Origin: an uncultured Roseivirgaceae bacterium
GTDB lineage: Bacteria > Bacteroidota > Bacteroidia > Cytophagales > Cyclobacteriaceae
Assembly: GCA_964532595.1 (NCBI GenBank)
Contig: CAZHIQ010000011.1
Span: 5,249-69,248, forward strand
DNA length: 64,000 nt
Direction: 5' to 3'
Part shown: in pieces, positions 1 through 8,961 of the stretch
Layout: each line of letters begins with the position of its first letter
Position numbering within the stretch: position 1 is the first letter of the stretch
Program-made: the position numbers and the translations under genes
The notes under the pieces: generated by a model
Told to the model about the DNA's origin: nothing
Database searches by the model: none
The model's input: the letters and a program-made list of their open reading frames with translations, nothing else

Positions 1-512
1 GCGATCACGGATGTCTTGCCTTCTTGCTGATTGCGCCGCCACCACTCGCCAATCTCATAAAAAATACTTTCTGATGATTTCCACCGGTAGACGGGAAGTC
101 CGAACGTTGACTCCGTCACCAACACATGGCATCGCTGAAGGTCGAAGGGTGCAGAGATATTGTCGTCACCAGTTTTATAGTCGCCTGTGAAAACCCACAC
201 CTCGTCCTGGTATTCAACCCTTATCTGCGCTGATCCGGGAATATGTCCCGCGGGGTGAAACGAAAAAGTCACTCCCTGGATCGTTAGTTTCTCACCGTAT
301 TCAACGGTCTGGATGTTGTCGGAAAGATGGAGGCGATACGCAATGATCGCGGCGGTTTCACGCGTACATAGGTAGTAGCGATGTCCACCCGTGGCATGAT
401 CGGCATGACCGTGTGTGATGAGCGCCCTGTCGACCGGCTTCCACGGATCGAGGTACACCTGCGCACGGGGGCAATAAATCCCGATGGGTGTAAAGGTGAG
501 CAGCGACTCCAT
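1..512 (-). CDS. Ligase-associated DNA damage response exonuclease (MBL fold), 5' part; runs off the left edge
   Basis: Translated by hand from ATG at 512 (not in ORF track): MESLLTFTPIGIYCPRAQVYLDPWKPVDRALITHGHADHA...FHPAGHIPGSAQIRVE...VFTGDYK...VTESTFGLPVYRW; THxHxDH, PAGH, GDYK and ESTFGLP motifs; frame open to position 1. Confidence 0.9.
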   Translation of the reverse strand, partial: MESLLTFTPIGIYCPRAQVYLDPWKPVDRALITHGHADHATGGHRYYLCTRETAAIIAYRLHLSDNIQTVEYGEKLTIQGVTFSFHPAGHIPGSAQIRVEYQDEVWVFTGDYKTGDDNISAPFDLQRCHVLVTESTFGLPVYRWKSSESIFYEIGEWWRRNQQEGKTSVI

Positions 513-548
513 ACACTCTGGTTTATAAAAACCGGGCCGCAACGCTGC

Positions 549-1286
549 TTACGGAGCCCCGAGGTCGGTCGATTGCGAGCTGATAAGATGGCTAATATCG
601 GTGCCAGCCGGTAACTCCATTGGCGGATTACCCGCCTCATACAACTTGGCTACTCCGGTTCCACCCACCTGTAATTGCGTTCCTTGCCGCTGAACAAACA
701 TTCCTTCCGGCAATCCCAACACGAGCAACTCAGGATTCACCACCAGGAATTCCCGCAGACGCTCAGGCCGCGTCTCACCCCCCTGCCCCTCAAATCTCAG
801 CTCGTGGTAATGGGGATTGATCTGAAATGGAACGAGGTTTAGCGCTTCGAACGACGGCGGCATTACGATGGGCATATCGTTCGTCGTTTTCAGCGTTGGA
901 CATGCGAGGTTAGCACCCGCGCTCCACCCTATGTAGGGAATGCCAGCATCAACCCGCTCGCGGACAACGTTTAGCAAATCGTACGCATACATTTTGGCCA
1001 GCAAGGTAAAGGTATTTCCGCCACCGACTACAATCGCTGATGCCTCCTGGAGAAGCCTCTTTTTATCATCCGCGGCATGGATTGATTGAATACTATACCC
1101 CATCGCTCCAAACACTTGCGAAACCGACTCGCTATACGCATCGAACGTGAGGGTCACTCCCGCGAACGGAATAAACGCTACCGGACCAGGAAGCGATCCC
1201 AGAAATTTCTTGACGTGCGCCTGCGGCCAGGTGAAGAAGGCCGTGCCCGGCATCGTTGAATTGCTTAAGAGTAATAGTCTGGACAT
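549..1286 (-). CDS. pepE: Dipeptidase E (peptidase S51)
   Basis: LLLLSNS, VGGGNTF, GWSAGAN nucleophile motif, TTNDMPI, INPHY, GETRPERLREF. Confidence 0.95.
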   Translation of the reverse strand: MSRLLLLSNSTMPGTAFFTWPQAHVKKFLGSLPGPVAFIPFAGVTLTFDAYSESVSQVFGAMGYSIQSIHAADDKKRLLQEASAIVVGGGNTFTLLAKMYAYDLLNVVRERVDAGIPYIGWSAGANLACPTLKTTNDMPIVMPPSFEALNLVPFQINPHYHELRFEGQGGETRPERLREFLVVNPELLVLGLPEGMFVQRQGTQLQVGGTGVAKLYEAGNPPMELPAGTDISHLISSQSTDLGAP

Positions 1287-1345
1287 GTTGCAATCGAATG
1301 CGCAATTTTAAAGAGAGAAAAGTTTAGTTATTCGCCCGAAAAATA

Positions 1346-1353
1346 TAGATTTG
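1346..1353 (+). promoter_or_regulatory. Bacteroidota -7 promoter box TAGATTTG
   Basis: Matches TAnnTTTG, 20 nt before the ATG of the 42-aa ORF. Confidence 0.6.
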
Positions 1354-1373
1354 CAGGGTAAGACAACTACGCC

Positions 1374-1502
1374 ATGTTTGAACAGTATATCGGAGACGGA
1401 GCTAATCTTTTCATAACGATCGCCGCTGTGGTGGTCGGCTTTATTGCAGCATTGGGGTACCTTGATTTTCTCAAGACCAAGAAAGAGCAAAAGGAAGACT
1501 AG
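1374..1502 (+). CDS. Small single-pass membrane protein, 42 aa, unknown function
   Basis: MFEQYIGDGANLFITIAAVVVGFIAALGYLDFLKTKKEQKED*; hydrophobic core and charged tail; flanked by a promoter box and a terminator; not in ORF track. Confidence 0.7.
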   Translation: MFEQYIGDGANLFITIAAVVVGFIAALGYLDFLKTKKEQKED

Positions 1503-1528
1503 TTCGCCGCCGATTGTGATTTTATGAC

Positions 1529-1553
1529 AAACCACGCAGCGCGTGGTTTTTTT
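1529..1553. terminator. Intrinsic terminator, probably bidirectional
   Basis: AAACCACGC-agc-GCGTGGTTT followed by a T run, between convergent stops at 1502 and 1555. Confidence 0.8.
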
Positions 1554-1554
1554 G

Positions 1555-2091
1555 TTATGGTGCCATGGCAAACGGCGAGCGATATTCCTTCTCCCATTCC
1601 TCAATACGAGCGTCCTTATAATGACCACCTCCGATATAGGAGGCAATCTTGTGAAAGTCAGGAGCCTGCTGAAAACCCTTCATTATATGGATGATGGCGA
1701 AGTCCTCGTTCAGAAAAACAACCGAGGGGTAACTTAGCTCGTTCTGAAGGAGCGCTGCAGCCAGCTGGTGAACGCCGCGTCCGCCATACGCCACATATTT
1801 AAAGGTAGTCCCCTTGAACTCCACGTCCTCACGTTGTTCCGCGTTAAACTTTACCGGATAGTACGCTTCGTTCAATAGTTTCGCAACCGCAGGGTCGCTA
1901 AAGGTTTTGCGGTCCATCACTTTGCACCAACCACACCAATCGGTGTACACATCAATAAAAATGGTGCGCTTCTCGTGTTTCGACCGCTCAACGGCCTCCT
2001 CGAACGTCATCCATCGAACGCCCTCGTCCTGCGCCTGCACGAAGGTGCTGGTTGCCAGAAAGAGGATGATCGCTGCTATCTGCCTGGTCAT
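1555..2091 (-). CDS. Exported thioredoxin-family protein (DUF255-like)
   Basis: IFIDVYTDWCGWCKVMD CxxC motif, YYPVKFNAE; signal peptide from MTRQIAAIILFLA; start 2091 preferred over 2169 because a -7 box lies at 2115-2122. Confidence 0.85.
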   Translation of the reverse strand: MTRQIAAIILFLATSTFVQAQDEGVRWMTFEEAVERSKHEKRTIFIDVYTDWCGWCKVMDRKTFSDPAVAKLLNEAYYPVKFNAEQREDVEFKGTTFKYVAYGGRGVHQLAAALLQNELSYPSVVFLNEDFAIIHIMKGFQQAPDFHKIASYIGGGHYKDARIEEWEKEYRSPFAMAP

Positions 2092-2114
2092 ATCCCTTTT
2101 GGTAAGTTTATCTT

Positions 2115-2122
2115 CAAAGCTA
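2115..2122 (-). promoter_or_regulatory. -7 promoter box TAGCTTTG
   Basis: caaagcta on + strand = TAnnTTTG on - strand, 23 nt above the ATG at 2091. Confidence 0.55.
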
Positions 2123-2298
2123 ACGAAAAACGAGCCGTTTTGATCTTCATCAGGGTAAAATGGCCGCATGGGGCGACCTTTCGGGGAAATTAATTGTACG
2201 ATTTCAGGGGAATCTGTTCAAAAATGAACAACCTTTCCCTTCGGAAAACGTTAAAACGCGACTTTTCGGTCTGGCACGGGATTAGCGGGCGCCTGGGT

Positions 2299-2514
2299 AT
2301 GAGGAAGCTCATCAACCAAAGGGAACTAACGCTCGCGCTTGGCATACTGGTAGCGATCGTCATCGCCCTGACGTTATGGGTTGCCGGCCCTCAAACAGCC
2401 TTTACCGGCGGGGAGAGCAGCACTGCTCTTCCTCTGGCATCGCCGGCCAAAGTGGACACTTCTCCCGCCGACGCCCTGCGACAGTTGGCTGATCAGTTCC
2501 TTCGTTGGCCCTAA
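2299..2514 (+). CDS. Hypothetical small membrane-anchored protein (71 aa)
   Basis: MRKLINQRELTLALGILVAIVIALTLWVAG...; one hydrophobic helix then a Ser/Thr/Pro/Ala-rich tail; fills the gap between opposite-strand genes. Confidence 0.55.
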   Translation: MRKLINQRELTLALGILVAIVIALTLWVAGPQTAFTGGESSTALPLASPAKVDTSPADALRQLADQFLRWP

Positions 2515-2534
2515 CTTTTTTCCTTCAAGCGGAA

Positions 2535-3122
2535 TTATGCGGCTGAAGCGCCATCGTCCTGGTATGAAAAGTGGTGAAGGACTAATTCTATTGCGCGACG
2601 AATAGCGTCATTTACCGGGAAGAAGTAGCGGGCGAGATCGGCATCGACTGCATGCAGCCGCATATAATACTGGCTCATTACCGGCACTGCGCGGCCATTA
2701 TCAACTTCTTCAACCGCTGCCTGCCATTTCTCTGCCTGCTCGTGTTTGATAGTCTGACAGGAGACCAGTTCTTTGCGACTATGCTTGTTAAGACGGGCCG
2801 AAAACCCGAACAACCTGCAGATCAATCCCCTGTGAACATATTGCTGGCATCCGCCATTCGTCAGCGACGGGCTGAACAAAATGCAGACCGGGTTTTCGTG
2901 TTGTCTGAGCCGCTCGAGCCACTCGAAGGCTTCGCCGGCAAGAAACGCGCGATAAGCGAAGGGAAGAAATTCAAGAACAGTCGCTTCGACATCGGGCTTT
3001 TGACAGCACCGGCCGCAACCGGTTTTACAGGAAAGTTTCGACCATCCCTGAAATGTAGATATCTCAAGGTCGAGGAGTGCAAACACCTCCTCTACTGCCT
3101 GAACTTTCTGACCTAGCAGCAA
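2535..3122 (-). CDS. YkgJ-family cysteine-cluster (Zn/Fe-chelating) protein
   Basis: CKTGCGRCC, CILF, GGCQQYVHRGLICRLFG motifs; TTG start. Confidence 0.85.
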   Translation of the reverse strand: MLLGQKVQAVEEVFALLDLEISTFQGWSKLSCKTGCGRCCQKPDVEATVLEFLPFAYRAFLAGEAFEWLERLRQHENPVCILFSPSLTNGGCQQYVHRGLICRLFGFSARLNKHSRKELVSCQTIKHEQAEKWQAAVEEVDNGRAVPVMSQYYMRLHAVDADLARYFFPVNDAIRRAIELVLHHFSYQDDGASAA

Positions 3123-3141
3123 CTGTTATTTTTTCGGGGAG

Positions 3142-3149
3142 CAAATATA
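3142..3149 (-). promoter_or_regulatory. -7 promoter box TATATTTG (ykgJ)
   Basis: caaatata on + strand, 19 nt above the TTG start. Confidence 0.6.
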
Positions 3150-3311
3150 AGGGTTTTCAGAAAACGTCAATTTTCTTTTTGGCAGAACTCCTGTAGCCGC
3201 GAAACCGATTGCATGTCATCGTTGTTGGAGCATTGGTCCTCCGATGCGATTTCGACGCAAAGCGATGCAAGATTATTGCACTCAATCATATATTCTACTG
3301 AAAATAAGGGT

Positions 3312-3319
3312 TAATTTTG
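3312..3319 (+). promoter_or_regulatory. -7 promoter box TAATTTTG (nuo operon)
   Basis: TAnnTTTG 19 nt before the nuoA ATG. Confidence 0.6.
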
Positions 3320-3338
3320 GCCGCCGAAACTTTGAACT

Positions 3339-3710
3339 ATGACAGAATCGACGCTGAGTACTTATCTGCCCATCGGACTCATGTTCCTGTTCGCCGTGGG
3401 ATTTGTCGGGTTAACGATGCTTGCTACCCACTTGCTGGGCCCTAAACGCAAGTCTGCGACCAAACTCGACACTTTCGAGTGCGGCGTCGAGGTAAAGGGA
3501 AATGCGCGGGTTCCTTATCCCATTCGGTATTTCCTGGTGGCTATTCTTTTCGTCCTTTTTGACGTGGAAGTAATCTTCATGTACCCCTGGGCGATTAATT
3601 TCAAGGAACTGGGGCTTACGGGTCTGGCGCAAATGATGGTCTTCCTTTCGCTGCTGCTGGTAGGTTTCATGTATGTATGGAAGCGGAAGGGGCTGGAGTG
3701 GAAAGACTAA
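3339..3710 (+). CDS. nuoA: NADH-quinone oxidoreductase subunit A
   Basis: [35 protein letters not shown]. Confidence 0.97.
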   Translation: MTESTLSTYLPIGLMFLFAVGFVGLTMLATHLLGPKRKSATKLDTFECGVEVKGNARVPYPIRYFLVAILFVLFDVEVIFMYPWAINFKELGLTGLAQMMVFLSLLLVGFMYVWKRKGLEWKD

Positions 3711-3721
3711 ACCGAGAGAAC

Positions 3722-4282
3722 ATGGAAAAAACATTGAAATCAAGCGATATCAAGCTGGCTGAGCGGCCGGAAGGTTACGAAGGGGCAGGCTTTTTCGCTA
3801 CCCAACTTGACAAGGTAGTAGGAATGGCCCGGAAAAACTCGCTGTGGCCGCTGCCATTCGCCACGTCATGTTGCGGTATCGAGTTCATGGCGACTATGGG
3901 AGCTCACTACGACCTCGCCCGGTTCGGTTCGGAGCGTATGAGTTTTTCTCCGCGCCAGGCTGACCTTCTCATCGTCGCAGGAACGATTTCCAAGAAGCTT
4001 GGCCCGGTACTGCGTCAGGTTTACGAACAAATGGCTGAGCCTAAGTGGGTTCTCAGTGTAGGCGCTTGTGCCTCCAGCGGTGGTATTTTCGATACCTACA
4101 GTGTTTTGCAGGGAATTGACCGCATCATCCCGGTCGACGTGTACGTCCCGGGGTGTCCTCCACGTCCCGAGCAAATTCTGGATGGCATCCTCAAAATTCA
4201 GCAGCTGGTAGAATCGGAGTCACTTCGCCGTCGCGACTCCCCTGAATACAAGGCGCTGTTGAATAAATACGGCATCGAGTAA
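3722..4282 (+). CDS. nuoB: NADH-quinone oxidoreductase subunit B
   Basis: [54 protein letters not shown]; start taken at MEKTLK. Confidence 0.97.
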   Translation: MEKTLKSSDIKLAERPEGYEGAGFFATQLDKVVGMARKNSLWPLPFATSCCGIEFMATMGAHYDLARFGSERMSFSPRQADLLIVAGTISKKLGPVLRQVYEQMAEPKWVLSVGACASSGGIFDTYSVLQGIDRIIPVDVYVPGCPPRPEQILDGILKIQQLVESESLRRRDSPEYKALLNKYGIE

Positions 4283-4284
4283 TT

Positions 4285-4785
4285 ATGAGCAATACGAACC
4301 ACGAACAGATCATCGGTATCATTCAGGAAAAATTCGAGGACGAAGTTCTTTCCATTGAGGCTCCTTACGATTTTCTGACGGTCAATCTCAAAAAGGATCG
4401 CATCGTTGAATTGATTCAATTCCTCTACGACCATCCTGTTGCCAAATTTCAGTTTCTTACCACCCTTTGCGGTATCCACTATCCCGATGCCAAGCAAATC
4501 GCGGTGATGTATCAGCTCCACAGCCTGGAAAACAACTGGCGTATTCGCCTGAAGATCTATTTACCGGAAAATGACCCGGTAACGCCGACCATTACGCACA
4601 TCTTCTCAGGCGCGAACTGGATGGAGCGCGAGACGTACGACTTCTTCGGTGTCAAGTTTACCGGCCACCCCGACCTGCGGAGAATTCTCAATGTTGAAGA
4701 AATGCTCATTTTCCCGATGCGCAAGGAATACCCGCTGGAAGACCAGACCCGGGAGGACAAGGTTGATAAAATGTTTGGACGATAA
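4285..4785 (+). CDS. nuoC: NADH-quinone oxidoreductase subunit C
   Basis: GANWMERETYDFFGVKFTGHPDLRRIL. Confidence 0.96.
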   Translation: MSNTNHEQIIGIIQEKFEDEVLSIEAPYDFLTVNLKKDRIVELIQFLYDHPVAKFQFLTTLCGIHYPDAKQIAVMYQLHSLENNWRIRLKIYLPENDPVTPTITHIFSGANWMERETYDFFGVKFTGHPDLRRILNVEEMLIFPMRKEYPLEDQTREDKVDKMFGR

Positions 4786-4787
4786 CC

Positions 4788-5999
4788 ATGGCTGACGAAA
4801 GCATTATTCATACTTCAGACGCGCTCGAAGAGCGGCAGTACACGACGTTGAACCTGGGGCCCACCCACCCGGCTACGCATGGAATTTTCCAGAACGTACT
4901 TACCGTGGATGGCGATGTTATCATCGACTCGGAGCAAACCGTTGGATATATCCACCGCGCGTTTGAAAAACTTGCAGAACGACGCCCGTTCTACCAGATT
5001 ACTCCGATCACCGACCGCCTTAACTATTGCTCAGCACCGATCAACAACATCGGCTGGCACATGACGGTTGAAAAGCTGATCGGCGCCGAAATACCAAAGC
5101 GCGTCGATTATCTGCGTGTCATCATCATGGAACTCGCGCGGATTTCCGACCACATTATCTGTAATTCCGTTATTGGCGTCGATACCGGGGCATTGACCGG
5201 CTTTGTGTACATGTTTCAGTACCGCGAGCTTATTTACGAAATTTACGAGGAAATTTGCGGTGGCCGGCTGACAACCAACATCGGGCGTATCGGCGGATTT
5301 GAGCGCGATTTCAACCAGACAGCCTGGACCAAGATTGACAAGTTCCTGAAAGAATTTCCCGAAGCACTCACTGAGTTCGAGAAACTGGTGAAACGCAACC
5401 GTATCTTCATGGACCGGACGATCGGGTCGGGGGCAATCTCTGCGGAACGTGCTCTTAGCTACAGCTTTACGGGTCCTAACCTGCGCGCGGCCGGCGTCGA
5501 CTACGACGTACGGGTTATGAACCCCTATTCCAGCTACGAGGACTTTGATTTCATCGTTCCGGTCGGCCTCCACGGCGACACGTACGACCGGTTTATGGTA
5601 CGCCAAGAAGAGATGTGGCAAAGCTTGAGCATTATCCGTCAAGCGATTGAAAAGCTACCCGACGGTCCACATTACTCACCGAACGTACCCGACTTCTATC
5701 TGCCTCCCAAAGAAGAAGTCTACAACAACATGGAAGCGCTTATCTACCACTTCAAGATCGTCATGGGTGAGACCGACGTTCCGAAGGGTGAGGTTTACCA
5801 TAGTGTTGAAGGAGCGAATGGAGAACTCGGTTACTATCTGATCAGCGATGGTGGACGTACACCGTTCCGCCTGCACTTCAGAAGACCGTGTTTTATATAT
5901 TATCAGGCGTTCCCTGAAATGATTCGCGGCTCCAATATCTCCGATGCGATTATTACTATGAGTAGTATGAATGTGATCGCAGGGGAATTGGATGCATGA
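4788..5999 (+). CDS. nuoD: NADH-quinone oxidoreductase subunit D
   Basis: LNLGPTHPATHG, GYIHRAFEK, GDTYDR, EGANGELG, VIAGELDA. Confidence 0.97.
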   Translation: MADESIIHTSDALEERQYTTLNLGPTHPATHGIFQNVLTVDGDVIIDSEQTVGYIHRAFEKLAERRPFYQITPITDRLNYCSAPINNIGWHMTVEKLIGAEIPKRVDYLRVIIMELARISDHIICNSVIGVDTGALTGFVYMFQYRELIYEIYEEICGGRLTTNIGRIGGFERDFNQTAWTKIDKFLKEFPEALTEFEKLVKRNRIFMDRTIGSGAISAERALSYSFTGPNLRAAGVDYDVRVMNPYSSYEDFDFIVPVGLHGDTYDRFMVRQEEMWQSLSIIRQAIEKLPDGPHYSPNVPDFYLPPKEEVYNNMEALIYHFKIVMGETDVPKGEVYHSVEGANGELGYYLISDGGRTPFRLHFRRPCFIYYQAFPEMIRGSNISDAIITMSSMNVIAGELDA

Positions 6000-6035
6000 G
6001 AAAGAGCATTCGTTAATCGTAATTCGTCATTCGAA

Positions 6036-6542
6036 ATGGCTGAACCAGTAAAATTTTCCGACGCTACGATGGCGTTGGTTCAAAAGATTATCAAGCGATA
6101 CCCGGAGGGACGGCAAAAGTCTGCGCTGCTGCCTGTTCTCCACCTCGCGCAGGCGGAGTTTGGAGGCTGGTTAAGCCCGGAAACGATGGACTACGTCGCT
6201 TCAATTCTTGATATCAAACCTATTGAGGTTTACGAGGTCGCCTCATTTTATACGATGTATAACCTGCGCCCCGTAGGCAAATGTGTTCTGGAGGTTTGCC
6301 GGACGGGACCTTGCCTCTTACGCGGCGCCGATGATATTGTCGCTCATCTTGAGAATAAACTCGGGATCAAGGACGGTGAAACGACACCCGACGGAATGTT
6401 TACGCTTCGTACGGTAGAATGTCTTGCCTCTTGTGGCACAGCCCCGATGATGCAGGTTGGCGACCATTATATGGAAAATCTCAGTTGCGAAAAGGTTGAT
6501 CAGATTCTGAACGACCTGCAGCAGGCACATCAAAACAAGTGA
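6036..6542 (+). CDS. nuoE: NADH-quinone oxidoreductase subunit E
   Basis: SALLPVLHLAQ, EVASFYTMY, CRTGPC and ECLASC 2Fe-2S ligands. Confidence 0.96.
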   Translation: MAEPVKFSDATMALVQKIIKRYPEGRQKSALLPVLHLAQAEFGGWLSPETMDYVASILDIKPIEVYEVASFYTMYNLRPVGKCVLEVCRTGPCLLRGADDIVAHLENKLGIKDGETTPDGMFTLRTVECLASCGTAPMMQVGDHYMENLSCEKVDQILNDLQQAHQNK

Positions 6543-6543
6543 C

Positions 6544-7905
6544 ATGGGAAAAAGGCTCTTATTAAAGGATATCGACGTACCCGGCATCAACACGTTTGAA
6601 GTATACCGCCGTCAGGGTGGCTATGCTTCTGTTGAGAAAGCCCTTAAGACGATGACCCCCGATGATGTCATCGAAGAGGTAAAGAAATCGGGTCTGCGCG
6701 GCCGCGGAGGTGCGGGTTTCCCCACGGGTATGAAATGGAGCTTCCTGGACCGGAAGTCAGATAAGCCCCGATACCTCATTTGTAACGCTGACGAAAGTGA
6801 GCCCGGTACATTTAAGGACCGGTATCTCATGGAACACATCCCCCATTCACTCATCGAAGGGATGATTGTTTCCAGCTACGCACTCGGCGCGAACACGTCA
6901 TATATCTACATGCGAGGCGAATTCAGGTGGATCTTTCCTATCCTCGAAAAAGCCATAGAAGAAGCGCGCGCAGCGGGATTCCTCGGACAAAACATCCTGG
7001 GAACTGGCTACTCGCTTGAAGTCTACGTGCATCCCGGTGCCGGAGCCTATATCTGCGGGGAAGAAACCGCTCAGATAGAATCACTGGAAGGTAAACGCGG
7101 AAACCCGCGCAACAAGCCTCCCTTTCCTGCAGTGGTCGGACTCTACGGTTGCCCCACAGTGGTGAACAACGTCGAGTCTATTGCTACTGTACCCCATATC
7201 CTCAATATGGGCGGCGATGAGTACTCGAAGATCGGTATCGGCAAGAGCACCGGTACCAAGCTCATTTCAGCGTCGGGGCACATCAATAAACCGGGTGTGT
7301 ACGAGATCGAACTCGGCCTTCCTGTAGAAGAGTTTATATACTCCGATGAATACTGCGGAGGAATCTGGAAAGGAAGAAAGATGAAGGCTGTTGTTGCCGG
7401 AGGTTCGTCCGTTCCTATTTTGCCCGCCGACCTGATTCTCAAGACGGCCGCAGGCGAGCCGAGATTGATGAGTTATGAATCGTTAGCTGACGGAGGATTT
7501 CAGACCGGGACTATGTTGGGATCAGGTGGTTTCGTCGTCATGGACGAAACAACTTGTATTGTTCGCAACACATGGTCCTTCGCCCGTTTTTATCACCACG
7601 AATCATGCGGACAGTGCAGCCCCTGCCGCGAAGGAACGGGATGGATGGAAAAAGTATTGCACCGCCTCGAGCATGGCGAAGGAAGAATGCATGACATCGA
7701 CCTGCTCGTGAACGTCGCCAAGAACATCGAAGGCAATACAATTTGTCCGCTGGGTGATGCTGCTGCCTGGCCAGTAGCCGCCGCAATAAGGCACTTCCGT
7801 GAGGAGTTCGAATATCATGTGAAGTATCCCGAGAAGGTTAAGGATCCTAAGCATTTTGAAAAGGAACCCTTTGTTCCGGAACGTGTTGTCGCAGCAACAG
7901 CGTGA
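6544..7905 (+). CDS. nuoF: NADH-quinone oxidoreductase subunit F
   Basis: GLRGRGGAGFPTGMKW, NADESEPGTFKDR, GAGAYICGEET, ESCGQCSPCREG. Confidence 0.97.
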   Translation: MGKRLLLKDIDVPGINTFEVYRRQGGYASVEKALKTMTPDDVIEEVKKSGLRGRGGAGFPTGMKWSFLDRKSDKPRYLICNADESEPGTFKDRYLMEHIPHSLIEGMIVSSYALGANTSYIYMRGEFRWIFPILEKAIEEARAAGFLGQNILGTGYSLEVYVHPGAGAYICGEETAQIESLEGKRGNPRNKPPFPAVVGLYGCPTVVNNVESIATVPHILNMGGDEYSKIGIGKSTGTKLISASGHINKPGVYEIELGLPVEEFIYSDEYCGGIWKGRKMKAVVAGGSSVPILPADLILKTAAGEPRLMSYESLADGGFQTGTMLGSGGFVVMDETTCIVRNTWSFARFYHHESCGQCSPCREGTGWMEKVLHRLEHGEGRMHDIDLLVNVAKNIEGNTICPLGDAAAWPVAAAIRHFREEFEYHVKYPEKVKDPKHFEKEPFVPERVVAATA

Positions 7906-7956
7906 AGTAATTGAAAAGTGTTTTATGGCGTCTGAGCGCCGAAATAGATAACAGCA

Positions 7957-8961
7957 ATGCTAAAGGTAACCATAGATGGCATCGAAACCGAGGTAGCGGA
8001 AGGAACCACCATTCTGCAAGCAGCCCGGCAGATCGGCGGCGAGATCGTTCCGCCGGCGATGTGTTATTACTCATCTTTGAAGAATAGCGGAGGTAAGTGC
8101 CGTGCATGCCTTGTAAAAGTGGCACAGGGCTCCGCACGTGACCCGCGGCCGATGCCCAAACTGGTCCCTTCCTGTATCACGGGTGTTCAGGATGGCATGG
8201 TCGTCGAGAACATTACTAATCCACAGGTACTCGAAGCGCGGAAAGGCGTGGTGGAGTTCTTACTCCTCAATCACCCGCTCGACTGTCCTATCTGCGACCA
8301 GGCCGGTGAATGTGATCTTCAGAATTTTGCCTACGCTCATGGTATGGCAAATACGCGCTATGAAGAAGAACGACGCACTTTCGAACCGCACGAAATCGGC
8401 GACAAGATCAAGTTGCACATGACGCGGTGTATTCTGTGCTACCGGTGTACCTATGTCGCTGACCAGCTAACCGACAGCCGCGTTCACGGCGTCCTCAACC
8501 GGGGCGACCGGGCGGAAATCAGCACCTACATCGAAAAAGCGATCGATAATGAGTTCTCGGGGAATATGATTGACGTATGCCCCGTGGGAGCACTTACCGA
8601 CAAGACGTTCCGTTTCCAAAGCCGTGTGTGGTTCACCAAACCCCTTGATGCCCACCGTGAGTGTTCGAAGTGCTGCGGAAAAGTCGTTCTCTGGACTCGC
8701 GGCGAAGAAGTTCTCCGCGTGACCGCGCGAAAAGATCAGTATGGTGAAGTGAAGGAGTTTATCTGCAACGAGTGTCGTTATGACCACAAAAATCTCAACG
8801 ACTGGGTGGTAGAAGGCCCTCGACATATAGAGCGAAACTCGGTGATCGCGCAAAACCACTACGAGCGGATTGATCTTCAGAAACTGAAGCTTGAAGTTGA
8901 ACGCCAACTGCGGTTCCAACAGGGAAAAAGGTTGAACGAATCGAATAATATACCTTCATGA
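7957..8961 (+). CDS. nuoG: NADH-quinone oxidoreductase subunit G, short form (334 aa)
   Basis: CRAC, NHPLDCPICDQAGEC, CILCYRC, CPVGAL Fe-S motifs; position between nuoF and nuoH. Confidence 0.93.
   Translation: MLKVTIDGIETEVAEGTTILQAARQIGGEIVPPAMCYYSSLKNSGGKCRACLVKVAQGSARDPRPMPKLVPSCITGVQDGMVVENITNPQVLEARKGVVEFLLLNHPLDCPICDQAGECDLQNFAYAHGMANTRYEEERRTFEPHEIGDKIKLHMTRCILCYRCTYVADQLTDSRVHGVLNRGDRAEISTYIEKAIDNEFSGNMIDVCPVGALTDKTFRFQSRVWFTKPLDAHRECSKCCGKVVLWTRGEEVLRVTARKDQYGEVKEFICNECRYDHKNLNDWVVEGPRHIERNSVIAQNHYERIDLQKLKLEVERQLRFQQGKRLNESNNIPS

Noticed and set aside
284-640. ORF-track 118-aa minus-strand ORF and the plus-strand ORFs at 381-820
   Set aside because: Wrong-frame shadows of the exonuclease (1-512) and pepE; no motifs
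1308-1646. 112-aa minus-strand ORF
   Set aside because: Overlaps the thioredoxin 3' end and a terminator; the plus-strand 42-aa ORF has better promoter, terminator and composition support
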